Source: Candidatus Lustribacter sp.
GTDB taxonomy: Bacteria; Vulcanimicrobiota; Vulcanimicrobiia; Vulcanimicrobiales; Vulcanimicrobiaceae
Direction of reading: 5' to 3'
Length of the DNA: 64,000 nucleotides
Assembly (NCBI GenBank): GCA_965277805.1
Contig: OZ255842.1
Location: 1,952,001-2,016,000 of the forward strand
The notes under the pieces are model-generated. The model saw nothing but the letters and a program-made list of their open reading frames with translations. It was not told where the DNA came from and made no database searches. The translations under genes and the position numbers were made by a program. Below, one piece after another: positions 38,617 through 48,000 of this stretch; position 1 is the stretch's first letter, and every line of letters begins with the position of its first letter.

Positions 38617-40194
38617 CTAGTGTGCCGCGGCCGGAGGCGGCGTTTCCACCGGGCCGGGCACGATGTTTGGATCTGCCGGCGGGATCGTCGGAATCGGTTG
38701 CGGCGGTAGATCGAAGGAGCGACCGTTGCTCGAGAGGCCGTTGGTCAGGACGTGGGGTGTGATCACGATGTAGAGGTTGGTGTTTTGCGAGCTGTTGTCG
38801 ACGTCGCGGAAAAAGCCGCCCACGAGCGGTAGGTTCCCGAGGCCCGGCACCTTGCGCAAGCTCTTGATCTCGGTTTCTTGCAGTAAGCCGCCGACGATCA
38901 GCGACTCGGAATCGCTTACCACGGCCGATGTGAGTTCCTGACGCACGGCGATGCGCGGCGTGTTTTGAACGTAGTCGATGATGCTCGACACTTCACAGAA
39001 AATCTGCGTGGTGACGCGGCCGTCGGCGGCGATGCGCGGCAGAATCTGCAAGCTCACACCGACGTTGATGTACTGCACCGATTGATTCACGATGGTTCCG
39101 GTGCCGCCGGGGATCACGACCGACGTGAAGATCGGCACGGCTTCGCCGCTGAGAATCGCCGACGGGCGGTTGTTGAGCGAGAGGATGCGCGGCCGCGCGA
39201 GAATCTTCGCTTCGCCGTTCTCCGCGAGCGCGTTCACTGCTGCGCCGAGATTGAAGCCGAACACGGGCTTGTTGCCGGTCGAGACGCCCATCGTCGCCGT
39301 CGTCAGCGTGCCGTTGGGCGAGAAGTCGATGCCGAGGTCCTTCGCGCCGCTAACCGTAAGCTCGACGATCTGCGTTTCGAGCAGCACGCTGCGGTCGGGA
39401 ATATCGAGCTGTGCCACCAGCGCTTTGTAGGCATCGACTTGTTCGCGCGTGCCGCTGAGGATTACCGCATTCAGGCGCCGGTCGATCGCAACGTGTTCGT
39501 CGAGCCGCACGCCTTGCGGGGAATCCTTCGGCAGCAGCGTCGCCGTGGGAATGGAAACGTACGTCGGCATCGCGGTCGCCGTGGTCGAGCCGGCGGCGGC
39601 CGGCGGCGGTACGAACGGCGAGCCGACATTGAAGACGTCGTTCGACGGGACGGCAGCGCCCTTCACCAGCGCGCCCGCGATCTCGCTCACATCGGCGTAT
39701 GACAATCTGACCATTTCGGTGACGAACGCGGCGGGATTGGCCGTAGGCAGCGGCGCGGCCGCGACCGGCAGCGGTGGCGGCGGCGCTTCGTGATCGCTGC
39801 GGCGCGCCGGTACGTGCACGATGACCTCGTTGCCGGCGGTTTCCGTGCGGACCGTGATGCGGTCGCGCGTGCGCAGATCGAGACGCATTCCGATTCCGGC
39901 AAAACCGGCAAAGGTGCCTTGGGTGATCTCACCGTGGCCCGACACGACCGGATGTTCGTTCCCGGGCAGTGCCGCCCCAATCAGCACAATGTGTACGGTG
40001 TGCTCGCCGCTGCGGATGACCCGCGTCTCGGGCGCCGCACGGTTGAAGCTCAGTGTGATGCGGGTGCTGCCGTCATCGGCAACCGTGCTGGAAACGTGCT
40101 GCAAGAGCGCGTCGCCGTTATCACCCGATGCTTGCAGTGGCGAGATGAAAACGAACGCAGCAAATGCAGCTGCCCATATGCCAAGAAAGCGCAA
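38617..40194 (-). CDS. Secretin (GspD/PilQ-like outer membrane channel)
   Basis: Signal peptide, IDRRLNAVILSG, VLLETQIVE, AKILARPRI, SLQILPRI, LIVGGLL, KVPGLGNLPLVGGFFR, IVITPHV. Probable TTG start at 40194 after GGAAGG. Confidence 0.88.
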   Translation of the reverse strand: MRFLGIWAAAFAAFVFISPLQASGDNGDALLQHVSSTVADDGSTRITLSFNRAAPETRVIRSGEHTVHIVLIGAALPGNEHPVVSGHGEITQGTFAGFAGIGMRLDLRTRDRITVRTETAGNEVIVHVPARRSDHEAPPPPLPVAAAPLPTANPAAFVTEMVRLSYADVSEIAGALVKGAAVPSNDVFNVGSPFVPPPAAAGSTTATAMPTYVSIPTATLLPKDSPQGVRLDEHVAIDRRLNAVILSGTREQVDAYKALVAQLDIPDRSVLLETQIVELTVSGAKDLGIDFSPNGTLTTATMGVSTGNKPVFGFNLGAAVNALAENGEAKILARPRILSLNNRPSAILSGEAVPIFTSVVIPGGTGTIVNQSVQYINVGVSLQILPRIAADGRVTTQIFCEVSSIIDYVQNTPRIAVRQELTSAVVSDSESLIVGGLLQETEIKSLRKVPGLGNLPLVGGFFRDVDNSSQNTNLYIVITPHVLTNGLSSNGRSFDLPPQPIPTIPPADPNIVPGPVETPPPAAAH

Positions 40195-40247
40195 CGTTCC
40201 GGCCTTCCGTACTCGCTGACACTCCGCCTGCTCCAACGAACGCAATA

Positions 40248-40278
40248 AAAATAGCCGGCCATAACAGCCGGCTATTTT
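40248..40278. terminator. Bidirectional intrinsic terminator
   Basis: Perfect 12-bp inverted repeat AAAATAGCCGGC-N7-GCCGGCTATTTT. Confidence 0.8.
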
Positions 40279-40295
40279 CGTACGCTGCGCTGAGC

Positions 40296-41312
40296 TTACA
40301 TCATGCTGTTTCCGCAGGAGTTGGTCTTTGTGATCGTGATCGGCGTGCCGAGCGGAATTATGACATTCCCTTGCGGATCGGTCGTCTTTTTACCCCAACC
40401 GCCGGTGAGCGAATAGGTGGGCTTCACCGAGCAGCGGAACGGCCACGGCGGTCCGGCGTATTGACCCTTCTTCTGTCCTTGGCCGTTGGGTTTCAACGCG
40501 GCGCCAAGGGCGGCTGAGACGAGCGTGCTGGTGCCGCCGGCTGCTGCTGCGCCGCCAAGTGCTGCGCCCGTTACGGTGACGGTCGTCGATGTGACGATCG
40601 GTGCCAATGCGGCCGCCGCTGTTCCGGCGGCGGGTGCTGCTGCGACAGCGAGGCCGGCCGTCAAAGCTCCCAAGAGAATGCTGCCGACGATCGCGGCAAC
40701 GGGCAGCACGCACGACGCGAGCGATTTGTGTTCAGCCATGTCCATCTGCTGTTGATAGCTGATCGTGAACCAGACGGCGCCCGTCGTGCGATCGAACGTT
40801 TGGCCCGGGCCGACGACACCGTAATACAAACACGCGACCTGGTCGAGGCTGACTTCTACGGGATAATTCGTATTGTTGACGATCGAAAAGCCCGGGCTTC
40901 CCGTGGCGTCGGCCTGTTCTTTTGCCAGTTGCTGCGTCGAAACGACCCGGTACCCACTGCCCGAAGACACGACGAGGAACTGCGAGTAGCTGGTTCCGGA
41001 AGACGTGTAGGCATCTGCAGCCTTGCCGCCCACGGTGGCGGTGATTCTCGTGATGAGGCACGCGCCGCGGCTCGTGCCCATGGTGGTCTGCGTCTGCGTT
41101 ATTCCTTTTGCCGTGACTGCTCCGCCGGCAATGGAGAAGTTATCGGAGCGGCAGGCCGCATAGTGGACGGTGCCGCTAACGGCGAGGTTCGTGCGATTGT
41201 ACACCGTCGCGCGGTCATATGCCGACGCGGGGCCGGCGGTATAGCCGATGATCGGAACGGTCACGAGCAAGAGACTTGCTATGTACCGTCTTACGGCATG
41301 GAGCTTTGTCAT
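40296..41312 (-). CDS. Secreted hypothetical protein with two Cys-containing beta-rich domains and an internal hydrophobic Ala/Gly segment
   Basis: GGAGG RBS, signal peptide ending ASA|Y, 338 aa, followed by a terminator. Confidence 0.7.
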   Translation of the reverse strand: MTKLHAVRRYIASLLLVTVPIIGYTAGPASAYDRATVYNRTNLAVSGTVHYAACRSDNFSIAGGAVTAKGITQTQTTMGTSRGACLITRITATVGGKAADAYTSSGTSYSQFLVVSSGSGYRVVSTQQLAKEQADATGSPGFSIVNNTNYPVEVSLDQVACLYYGVVGPGQTFDRTTGAVWFTISYQQQMDMAEHKSLASCVLPVAAIVGSILLGALTAGLAVAAAPAAGTAAAALAPIVTSTTVTVTGAALGGAAAAGGTSTLVSAALGAALKPNGQGQKKGQYAGPPWPFRCSVKPTYSLTGGWGKKTTDPQGNVIIPLGTPITITKTNSCGNSMM

Positions 41313-41569
41313 CTGGTCCTCCAGTTATAAGTGCGTATGGGATGGAGTCGTCTCGACCAACGCCGCTACGCACACGAGGCATAAAATGCCACGCGCACGG
41401 CTCGAAGGCCACCTATTCAATTGAGGATGTCCACTCGCATCAACGCCGGACCTTCGGGTTTCACTACGCGTTCGCAATCCCGTGACGCGAATCACCAAGG
41501 TAGGCAAAACGCGCTATGCACGCGCGTTTCGGCTTTGTCCGGTACCGAACACTAACATGGAACGCTTCG

Positions 41570-42313
41570 CTAGAGCAAGCGTCCGAGCGCGACAGCGTCG
41601 GCGCCGGCGGGGATGCGCATGGGCGATGATAGATCGGTGGCCGCGCGCCACACGGCTTCGGCCACGTCTTTCGGCCGCGTGAAAGACGCCGGCTCGGCCA
41701 TGCGCGCGAACAAGCCTTGCACGAGCGGGGCATAGGGTTCAGAGATGCTGTTTAGCATTCGCGGGCGCGCGTTTTCACCGAAGCGCGTTTCCGACGAACG
41801 GCCCGGCAGCACGAGGCGCACGCGAATGTTGAATTGCTCGAGTTCGAGCGCGAGCGACTCGGTGAACGCATTGATTGCGGCTTTGCTCGCCGTGTAGACG
41901 GATAGCAGCAGCAACGGGCGCAGCGTAACGGTGGACGAGACGTTGATGATGACGCCGCTCTTGCGTTCGCGGAATTGCGGCAGCACTGCTTGGGTGAGTG
42001 CGATCGTGCCGAAGGTGTTCGTTTCGAAGATTTCGCGGATCGCATCCATCGGCGTAGATTCGAGCGGGCTGATCAATCCGATGCCGGCGTTGTTGACGAG
42101 GACGTCGATCGGCCCGGCAGCTTCAAGGGTTTGCCGGATGCTCTCCGGATCGGTCACGTCGAGCGGAAGCACGCGCAGACACGGCGAGGGCGGCAACACG
42201 TCTTCGCGCGGGGTGCGCATCGTTGCGATGACGTGCCAGTCGCGTTCGAGGAAGTAGCGTGCGGTTTCGAGGCCATAGCCGGATGAGGCGCCGGTGATCA
42301 AGACGGAATTCAT
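41570..42313 (-). CDS. Short-chain dehydrogenase/reductase
   Basis: LITGASSGYG, VNNAG, NVSS, YTASK. Confidence 0.92.
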   Translation of the reverse strand: MNSVLITGASSGYGLETARYFLERDWHVIATMRTPREDVLPPSPCLRVLPLDVTDPESIRQTLEAAGPIDVLVNNAGIGLISPLESTPMDAIREIFETNTFGTIALTQAVLPQFRERKSGVIINVSSTVTLRPLLLLSVYTASKAAINAFTESLALELEQFNIRVRLVLPGRSSETRFGENARPRMLNSISEPYAPLVQGLFARMAEPASFTRPKDVAEAVWRAATDLSSPMRIPAGADAVALGRLL

Positions 42314-42386
42314 GGAGCTAGCATAGCGTCCGCGGATCGTACCTGCTACAATGAATAGTACGTATTTCGTTGTAGGGAGTCCACGC

Positions 42387-43286
42387 ATGGTCGATCCGCT
42401 AGCCGAGGTCGTTGGGTTGTTGCAGCCCGGTACGCCATTTTCCAAATTGATCGGCGCCGCGGGCCGCTGGCAGGTTCGGCGCTCGGAATACGGGCAGCCG
42501 TTCTACGGCCTGGCGCTCGAGGGGTCGTGCCGTCTCGCCATCGATGGCGCCGAGCCGATGATCCTCGAAGCCGGCGATTTCGTGTTGATTCCCTCAGCCG
42601 ATAGCTTCACGATGTCGAGCCTCGAGCCGCCGGACGTAGTCGAGCGTCCCGTGACGTTGGCCGATGGTGCGATCCGGCTCGGCGACCCGAACGGCCCACC
42701 GGAAATGCGCGCGCTGGTCGGCTACTGCGATTTTGCTTCGCCGGATGCGGCATTGCTCGTGTCGTTGCTTCCGCGGCTCGTGCACGTGCGCGGCGAGAAA
42801 CGGCTCGCGACGTTGGTGGAACTCGTGCGCGAAGAATCGCGCAATCAGCTACCGGCGCGCGACGTCGTTTTGGCGCGGCTGTTGGAAGTGCTGCTGATCG
42901 AAGCGTTGCGCTCCACCGCGGGCACGACGGCGTCGCCGGGACTCGTGCGCGGGTTGGCGGACGAGCGGCTCGCGGTTGCGATCCGGCGCATGCACGAAGA
43001 ACCGACGAAAGCATGGACGGTCGCGCAGCTCGCAAAGGAAGCTGCGCTCTCGCGTTCCGGCTTCTTCGTGCGCTTCAACCGTGCCGTCGGCCTCGCGCCG
43101 ATGGAGTATATGCTCGCGTGGCGCATGGCACTGGCGAAGAAGTTGCTGCGCCAAAACGAAAGCGCCGTCGCCGACGTCGCCGAACGCGTCGGCTATAGCT
43201 CCGCCAGCACGTTCAGCGTCGCGTTCACGCGTTATGTCGGACTACCGCCCGCGCGTTACGCGCGGGCGGCGAGTTCTAGCTCGTAG
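42387..43286 (+). CDS. AraC-family regulator (cupin + HTH)
   Basis: WTVAQLAKEAALSRSGF, PMEYMLAWRM, VGYSSASTFSVAF. Divergent from the SDR gene. Confidence 0.92.
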   Translation: MVDPLAEVVGLLQPGTPFSKLIGAAGRWQVRRSEYGQPFYGLALEGSCRLAIDGAEPMILEAGDFVLIPSADSFTMSSLEPPDVVERPVTLADGAIRLGDPNGPPEMRALVGYCDFASPDAALLVSLLPRLVHVRGEKRLATLVELVREESRNQLPARDVVLARLLEVLLIEALRSTAGTTASPGLVRGLADERLAVAIRRMHEEPTKAWTVAQLAKEAALSRSGFFVRFNRAVGLAPMEYMLAWRMALAKKLLRQNESAVADVAERVGYSSASTFSVAFTRYVGLPPARYARAASSSS

Positions 43287-43289
43287 CGA

Positions 43290-43532
43290 TTAGCGGTGGC
43301 AGATCCAGTGGCCGGGGATCCACACCCAGTGATTTCCGCGCGCCACGTAGTGACCGCGGCCCCATACGCAATCGTGGCGTGGCGGACGGCCGTAGACCTC
43401 GTGCCGCGGCGGCGGCTGCGGTCCGAGATGGATGTTGATACCCATCTGCGCAGATCCCGGGTTAGCAGCGGCGCCAACGAGGCAGCCGGCAAGGCCAACC
43501 GACCAGACGATCTTCTTCAACCAGGTTTTCAT
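43290..43532 (-). CDS. Small secreted YXWGXW/WXXGXW-repeat protein
   Basis: Signal peptide, then PPPRHE...VWGRGHY...WVWIPGHW. Confidence 0.75.
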   Translation of the reverse strand: MKTWLKKIVWSVGLAGCLVGAAANPGSAQMGINIHLGPQPPPRHEVYGRPPRHDCVWGRGHYVARGNHWVWIPGHWICHR

Positions 43533-43561
43533 GCGCTCGCTTTTCCCGCTCGCGCGAGCCG

Positions 43562-44329
43562 CTAAACCAAGTGCTCGGCTAGAAAGACGGACGCGCGCGC
43601 ATTGGCCACACGGGTCGCGTAGGGATTGTAGCCGCGGGCGGGCGGATCGTCGATGAAGCCGTGACCGGCGTCGTGCACCATGTAGGCGAAGTATTTGCCG
43701 GCCGCCTGCATGGCGAGCGCGAACTCGTAAATGCCGCTCGTGATTTTGCGATCCGTCACACCGTAATGCCCTTCGAGCGGCGCGCGAATTTTCGGGACGT
43801 CGCTTAGGGCCGGACTCGAGCCGTAATACATGACCCCGGCCGCGAGGTCGACGCCGCGTACGGCAAGCTCGCCGACGAGCTGTCCACCCATGCAATAGCC
43901 GATGGCGCCGATCCGCGTCACGTCGTTGCGCGATCGCAGATAGTCGAACGCACCATGGACGCCGTCAACGTAGTGCGCTTTGGAACGATTGGTCATCCAC
44001 TCGCGTGCGGCGCGCACGCCCGTGCGGCGCGGTTCCGGAATCTTCGCCATGCGCTCTTCCCAGTCGGGCTCGAGCGGCGATCCGTGCGCGAGAACGATAT
44101 TGGCAACGTCGATTCTTTGGAAGGCCGCATCGTTCGTGTAGAGGTCCGGCGCCAGCGTCAAGTAGCCGTCCGCGGCGTAACCGCGTACGATCCGCTCCAT
44201 TTGCGCCATGACGCCCGCGACCGGGTGACACACGATCAACGCCGGCCACGGCGGCGGCGTCGCCGGCTGCACGAGAAAGCCGCGGATCGCACCGCCGGCC
44301 GCATCGAAGCGAGCCCACTCCTCCGTCAT
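43562..44329 (-). CDS. Dienelactone hydrolase family protein
   Basis: APDLY, IGYCMGG, YYG, AGHGF. Confidence 0.85.
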   Translation of the reverse strand: MTEEWARFDAAGGAIRGFLVQPATPPPWPALIVCHPVAGVMAQMERIVRGYAADGYLTLAPDLYTNDAAFQRIDVANIVLAHGSPLEPDWEERMAKIPEPRRTGVRAAREWMTNRSKAHYVDGVHGAFDYLRSRNDVTRIGAIGYCMGGQLVGELAVRGVDLAAGVMYYGSSPALSDVPKIRAPLEGHYGVTDRKITSGIYEFALAMQAAGKYFAYMVHDAGHGFIDDPPARGYNPYATRVANARASVFLAEHLV

Positions 44330-45069
44330 CCGGCGAGCTTTGCGTCGAGCAGTCCGAACAACGCCTTCCAGTGACGTTCGGCGGCGGCTTCGTCGTAGAC
44401 GGGCAAGTCGGGCACGGCGAAACCATGCTTTGCGGGATACGTTTCGATCAGGTGGTCGACGCCGGCATCGGTGAGCGTCCTCTCAAGCAGTGCCTTCTGT
44501 TCGTCGGTGAACGATGGATCCTCGATGGCACCCGCGACGTACACGCGGCCGCCGACGCCTGCGAGGAACAAATGCGGGCTATCGGGCTTGTCGGTTGCCA
44601 AGCCGCCGCCGTGAAACGATGCGACCGCGGCAAATTCGTCTGGGAAGGCGCCGGCTGCGGTCAATGCGACGTTGCCGCCGAGGCAATATCCGGTCGCGCC
44701 GAAACGGTCGCCTTTGACGTCGGGACGCGCGTCGAGATATTCCAGGAACGCTTCCGCGTCGGCGACTTTCTTATCGTGATCGAGGCTCGACACCATTTTC
44801 ATCATCTCGGCGCGCGCGTCGGGATTCGTGAAAACTTCCGCCGGATTCTTCGGGGCATACGGTCCGGACCGGTAGTAGAGATCGGGCAATACGACGAGAT
44901 AACCGCCGTCTGCCAGCCGCTGTCCCATGTCCCACAGGGTTGGCCGGATACCCGGGCCGTCCATGAAAAAGATGACGCCCGGCCAGGGGCCCTTGCCTTC
45001 GGACGGCGTGAAGACCGAGGCGGGAGCATTCCCGTCGTGTGTTTTTATCGTGACTGCGGTTCGAGACAT
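44326..45069 (-). CDS. Dienelactone hydrolase family protein
   Basis: MDGPGIRP, PDLYYR, TGYCLGG, SFHGG, AKHGFAVPD. Confidence 0.88.
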   Translation of the reverse strand: MSRTAVTIKTHDGNAPASVFTPSEGKGPWPGVIFFMDGPGIRPTLWDMGQRLADGGYLVVLPDLYYRSGPYAPKNPAEVFTNPDARAEMMKMVSSLDHDKKVADAEAFLEYLDARPDVKGDRFGATGYCLGGNVALTAAGAFPDEFAAVASFHGGGLATDKPDSPHLFLAGVGGRVYVAGAIEDPSFTDEQKALLERTLTDAGVDHLIETYPAKHGFAVPDLPVYDEAAAERHWKALFGLLDAKLAG

Positions 45070-45204
45070 ACGCGCTCCTCATTAGACTGTCGCGATTTAT
45101 TCGCCGTTCCGGCCGACGCTCGCCTTGCATGTCGTTGCTGTGATATCACGCAGTCTTTACCTTTTTTCACAGGTGTATGCCAGCTAGACCCTAACGGCCC
45201 GGCG

Positions 45205-46152
45205 ATGCGTTTGTCTCCGAAGATAACCGCGCTCTTATTGAGTGCGGCGATCGTGTTTACTCTTGTCCCGGACAGTACCGGCGCGGCGGGCGAAAAACAA
45301 ATCCGCCGCGTCCGCGGGACGATCGGGTATCAGACTGCGGCAATGGCAGGCTTCGCGCCGGTGTTCGGACGCATGGATTTGCCCGACGACGCGTTTGCGA
45401 TCACGCAAGCGAAATCGACGGCGGAGCTGGTCATGCCGGATTCGTCGATCGTTGCGCTCGGCGAGAACACGCACGTGCAAGTCGGTGCGTTCGACAACGC
45501 GGCGAACGGACCGGGCGCGACCCTGATCGTCAACAACGGCGCGCTGCGCTTCGACGTGCGGCGTCCGGTGGGCGGCCGCGCGAACTATCGCTTCGTTACC
45601 GCGACCTCGCAAATCGCGGTACGCGGCACGATCGGACTGCTTTCGTTCGTCGGCGGGAACACGACCGTGACGTGCGTCGTGTGCGCGGCCGATAGCGTGT
45701 CGGTCACCGTGGGCACGCAAACGTTTACGCTCGCGACGGGACAAGTGCTCACGGTCGGCGTGACCGGCGCGGTGACGACCGCGCCCGCGACAGCGGCGAC
45801 GCTGCAAACGTTCATCGATGCGGGATTGAACCCGACCGCGACCGGTCCGGCCACGACCGGCGCCGGCGGTGGCGCCGGGACGGGCTTGGCTATTGCGGCC
45901 GGCACCGCGGCCGTTGTTGCGGGCGTCGTGATCGCAAATAACAGCGGCTCACCTGCGTCGTCGACAACGTCATCACCGGTGCCCGGCGCTTCGCCGACCG
46001 CGAGCCCCTCGCCGCGTCCGACGGCGACGCCGACGCCGGTCGTGACGCCGGCACCGACGGCCGCGCCGACCGCTACGGGATTGCCCGGCAACGTGAACGT
46101 AACCGGAACGCGCCGCGCTCTGCCCGCGGCTACGCCGAGGAGCGTCCGATGA
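45205..46152 (+). CDS. Exported FecR-domain protein with TM segment and Pro/Thr-rich tail
   Basis: Signal peptide, AELVMPDSSIVALGENT, VTATSQIAVRGT, hydrophobic GLAIAAGTAAVVAGVVIA, PT repeats. Confidence 0.75.
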   Translation: MRLSPKITALLLSAAIVFTLVPDSTGAAGEKQIRRVRGTIGYQTAAMAGFAPVFGRMDLPDDAFAITQAKSTAELVMPDSSIVALGENTHVQVGAFDNAANGPGATLIVNNGALRFDVRRPVGGRANYRFVTATSQIAVRGTIGLLSFVGGNTTVTCVVCAADSVSVTVGTQTFTLATGQVLTVGVTGAVTTAPATAATLQTFIDAGLNPTATGPATTGAGGGAGTGLAIAAGTAAVVAGVVIANNSGSPASSTTSSPVPGASPTASPSPRPTATPTPVVTPAPTAAPTATGLPGNVNVTGTRRALPAATPRSVR

Positions 46153-47945
46153 AACAGTTGCTCCTTGCGGGCGCGTTTGCATCGGCCGTCGCCATTGCTG
46201 CATGTTCGAGCGGCGGCGGCGGTTCTTCCAATGGTGCGCCCGTGCTGCCGGTCTCGGGCTCGGCCGTTCCCACCGCGGGTCCGCTCAGCGGCACGCGCGG
46301 CACGATCAGCCTCGTCATTCCAACTGCGAAGAGTTCTTCAGCGTCCGTACGCCGTGCACAGTTCGTTTCTTCTGCCGCGTTGTCGGCCGTCGTGACGGTC
46401 AACGGCGGGGTGAACGCGAGCTACGACATCAGCGGAACGTCAACATATTGCACGCCCGTTTCGGGTGGACGCGCATGCACGCTACCGATATCCGTGCCGT
46501 TGGGAACGACGTCGGCGACCGTGAGCCTGCAACTCTGGGACCACGCGGGCGGGACCGGGACGATGCTCGGCTCAGGTTCGGGCAACACGACGATCGCGAA
46601 TAACGCAACGTCGTTTACCGTTGCCGTCGACGTCAGCCCGGTCGTTGCAGGCGTCACGCTTAGTCTTCTCTTCCCATCGACAGGTTTGCCGCGCATCTCG
46701 ATCAGTCACGTGCAAACCGGCACGAATGCCGGCGTGATGACGATGACGTTCACTGATCCCGACGGCGTGGTGATTCCGTCCACCAGCACGTCGCCGTTTC
46801 TCGTCCCGGTCACGCTGAACGTGGCCGATCCGTCGGGCACCGTGTCGCTCACGCAAACGACGATCACCAATGCCACACAAAGCACCACGGTTTCGTACAC
46901 CGGCGGGTCGACGCTCGGCTCGAGCGTCACGTTCAACGCCCTTACGGGGACGACGCCGGTCGGCACGCTCGTCTCGAAAACATCCGGATATCAAACGAAC
47001 TTCTATCTCGGGTTGACGGGGACGTCGTTCTCAAAACAGCCCGACGAAATCACCGTTGGTTCCGACGGCAATCTGTGGTTCGCCGAATCGCACAACTGGG
47101 CTATCGGCAAGATGGACACGAGCGGCAATCTGCTCGGCGAATTCAACGTGCCCAATGCCGGCAGCAGCCCGGGCCCGCTCGCGATTACGGCCGGCCCCGT
47201 GAGTGACCCGCACGTTTGGTACACGGAACCGTTCGAAAACGGCGGCGGCCTCGGCGATTACTCGAACGTCGCCGTTCCGTCGGGCGTCGCGCCGGGATCC
47301 GCGTTCTTCACCGGCAACGCGAACAGTCAGCCGGTGGGAATTCGCTCGCTGGGCAGCAACATCTGGATGTCGCTGCAGGGCACGAGCCAGCTCTTCATCT
47401 TCGATACGACCGGCGCGCAAGTTGCCGGCAGTCCTGTCGCGCTTGCCGGCGGAACCGGGCCGAACGGCTTGGCTGTCGGCTCGGACGGGAATATGTACGT
47501 GACGGGCTATTTCACCAACAACATCTTGGCGTTCAGCCCGACGGCGCCGTTCACGCAAGTGGTGAACAAGACGATCCCGACGGCCGGCTCGTCTCCAATC
47601 GAACTCGACTCGGGTCCGGACGGCGCGATTTGGTTCACCGAGCAAATCGGCGGCAAAATCGGCCGCTTGCCGATCGGCGGCTCGATCGCTGAAGTTGCGT
47701 TGCCCGCAAACTACGGCGATCCGTGGGAGATCGTGAACGGCTCGGACGGCGGCATTTGGTTCACCGCCTACAACAACGTAACGAACTTCGGCCAAATCAT
47801 ACGCATCGATCCGGCCACGCACGCGTTCGTCGCCTATCAGTTGCAAACCACGCCGCAGACGTCGTACGGTCTCGTCTCTGGACCGGACGGCAACCTGTGG
47901 GCAACGGACTTCGTCGGGAGCTCGATCATTCGCATCCAGCCGTAG
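46149..47945 (+). CDS. Lipoprotein with virginiamycin-B-lyase (Vgb)-like beta-propeller
   Basis: Lipobox IAAC and repeats G(S/P)DGN(L/M)W / GPDGAIWFTE. Confidence 0.78.
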   Translation: MKQLLLAGAFASAVAIAACSSGGGGSSNGAPVLPVSGSAVPTAGPLSGTRGTISLVIPTAKSSSASVRRAQFVSSAALSAVVTVNGGVNASYDISGTSTYCTPVSGGRACTLPISVPLGTTSATVSLQLWDHAGGTGTMLGSGSGNTTIANNATSFTVAVDVSPVVAGVTLSLLFPSTGLPRISISHVQTGTNAGVMTMTFTDPDGVVIPSTSTSPFLVPVTLNVADPSGTVSLTQTTITNATQSTTVSYTGGSTLGSSVTFNALTGTTPVGTLVSKTSGYQTNFYLGLTGTSFSKQPDEITVGSDGNLWFAESHNWAIGKMDTSGNLLGEFNVPNAGSSPGPLAITAGPVSDPHVWYTEPFENGGGLGDYSNVAVPSGVAPGSAFFTGNANSQPVGIRSLGSNIWMSLQGTSQLFIFDTTGAQVAGSPVALAGGTGPNGLAVGSDGNMYVTGYFTNNILAFSPTAPFTQVVNKTIPTAGSSPIELDSGPDGAIWFTEQIGGKIGRLPIGGSIAEVALPANYGDPWEIVNGSDGGIWFTAYNNVTNFGQIIRIDPATHAFVAYQLQTTPQTSYGLVSGPDGNLWATDFVGSSIIRIQP

Positions 47946-48000
47946 TTCAGGGGCCGCGGCGGCAGCAGGCAGAATCGCGGGCGGTTGCGGATACCCCGCG

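Noticed and set aside
41313-41569. Possible ncRNA or riboswitch in the hairpin-rich intergenic region
   Set aside because: One hairpin (AAACGCGC/GCGCGTTT) is explained as the SDR terminator. The rest match no family I recognise.
44371-45204. N-terminal 278 aa of the 593-aa ORF 44371-46152
   Set aside because: Mostly antisense to a dienelactone hydrolase. The signal peptide begins at ATG 45205.
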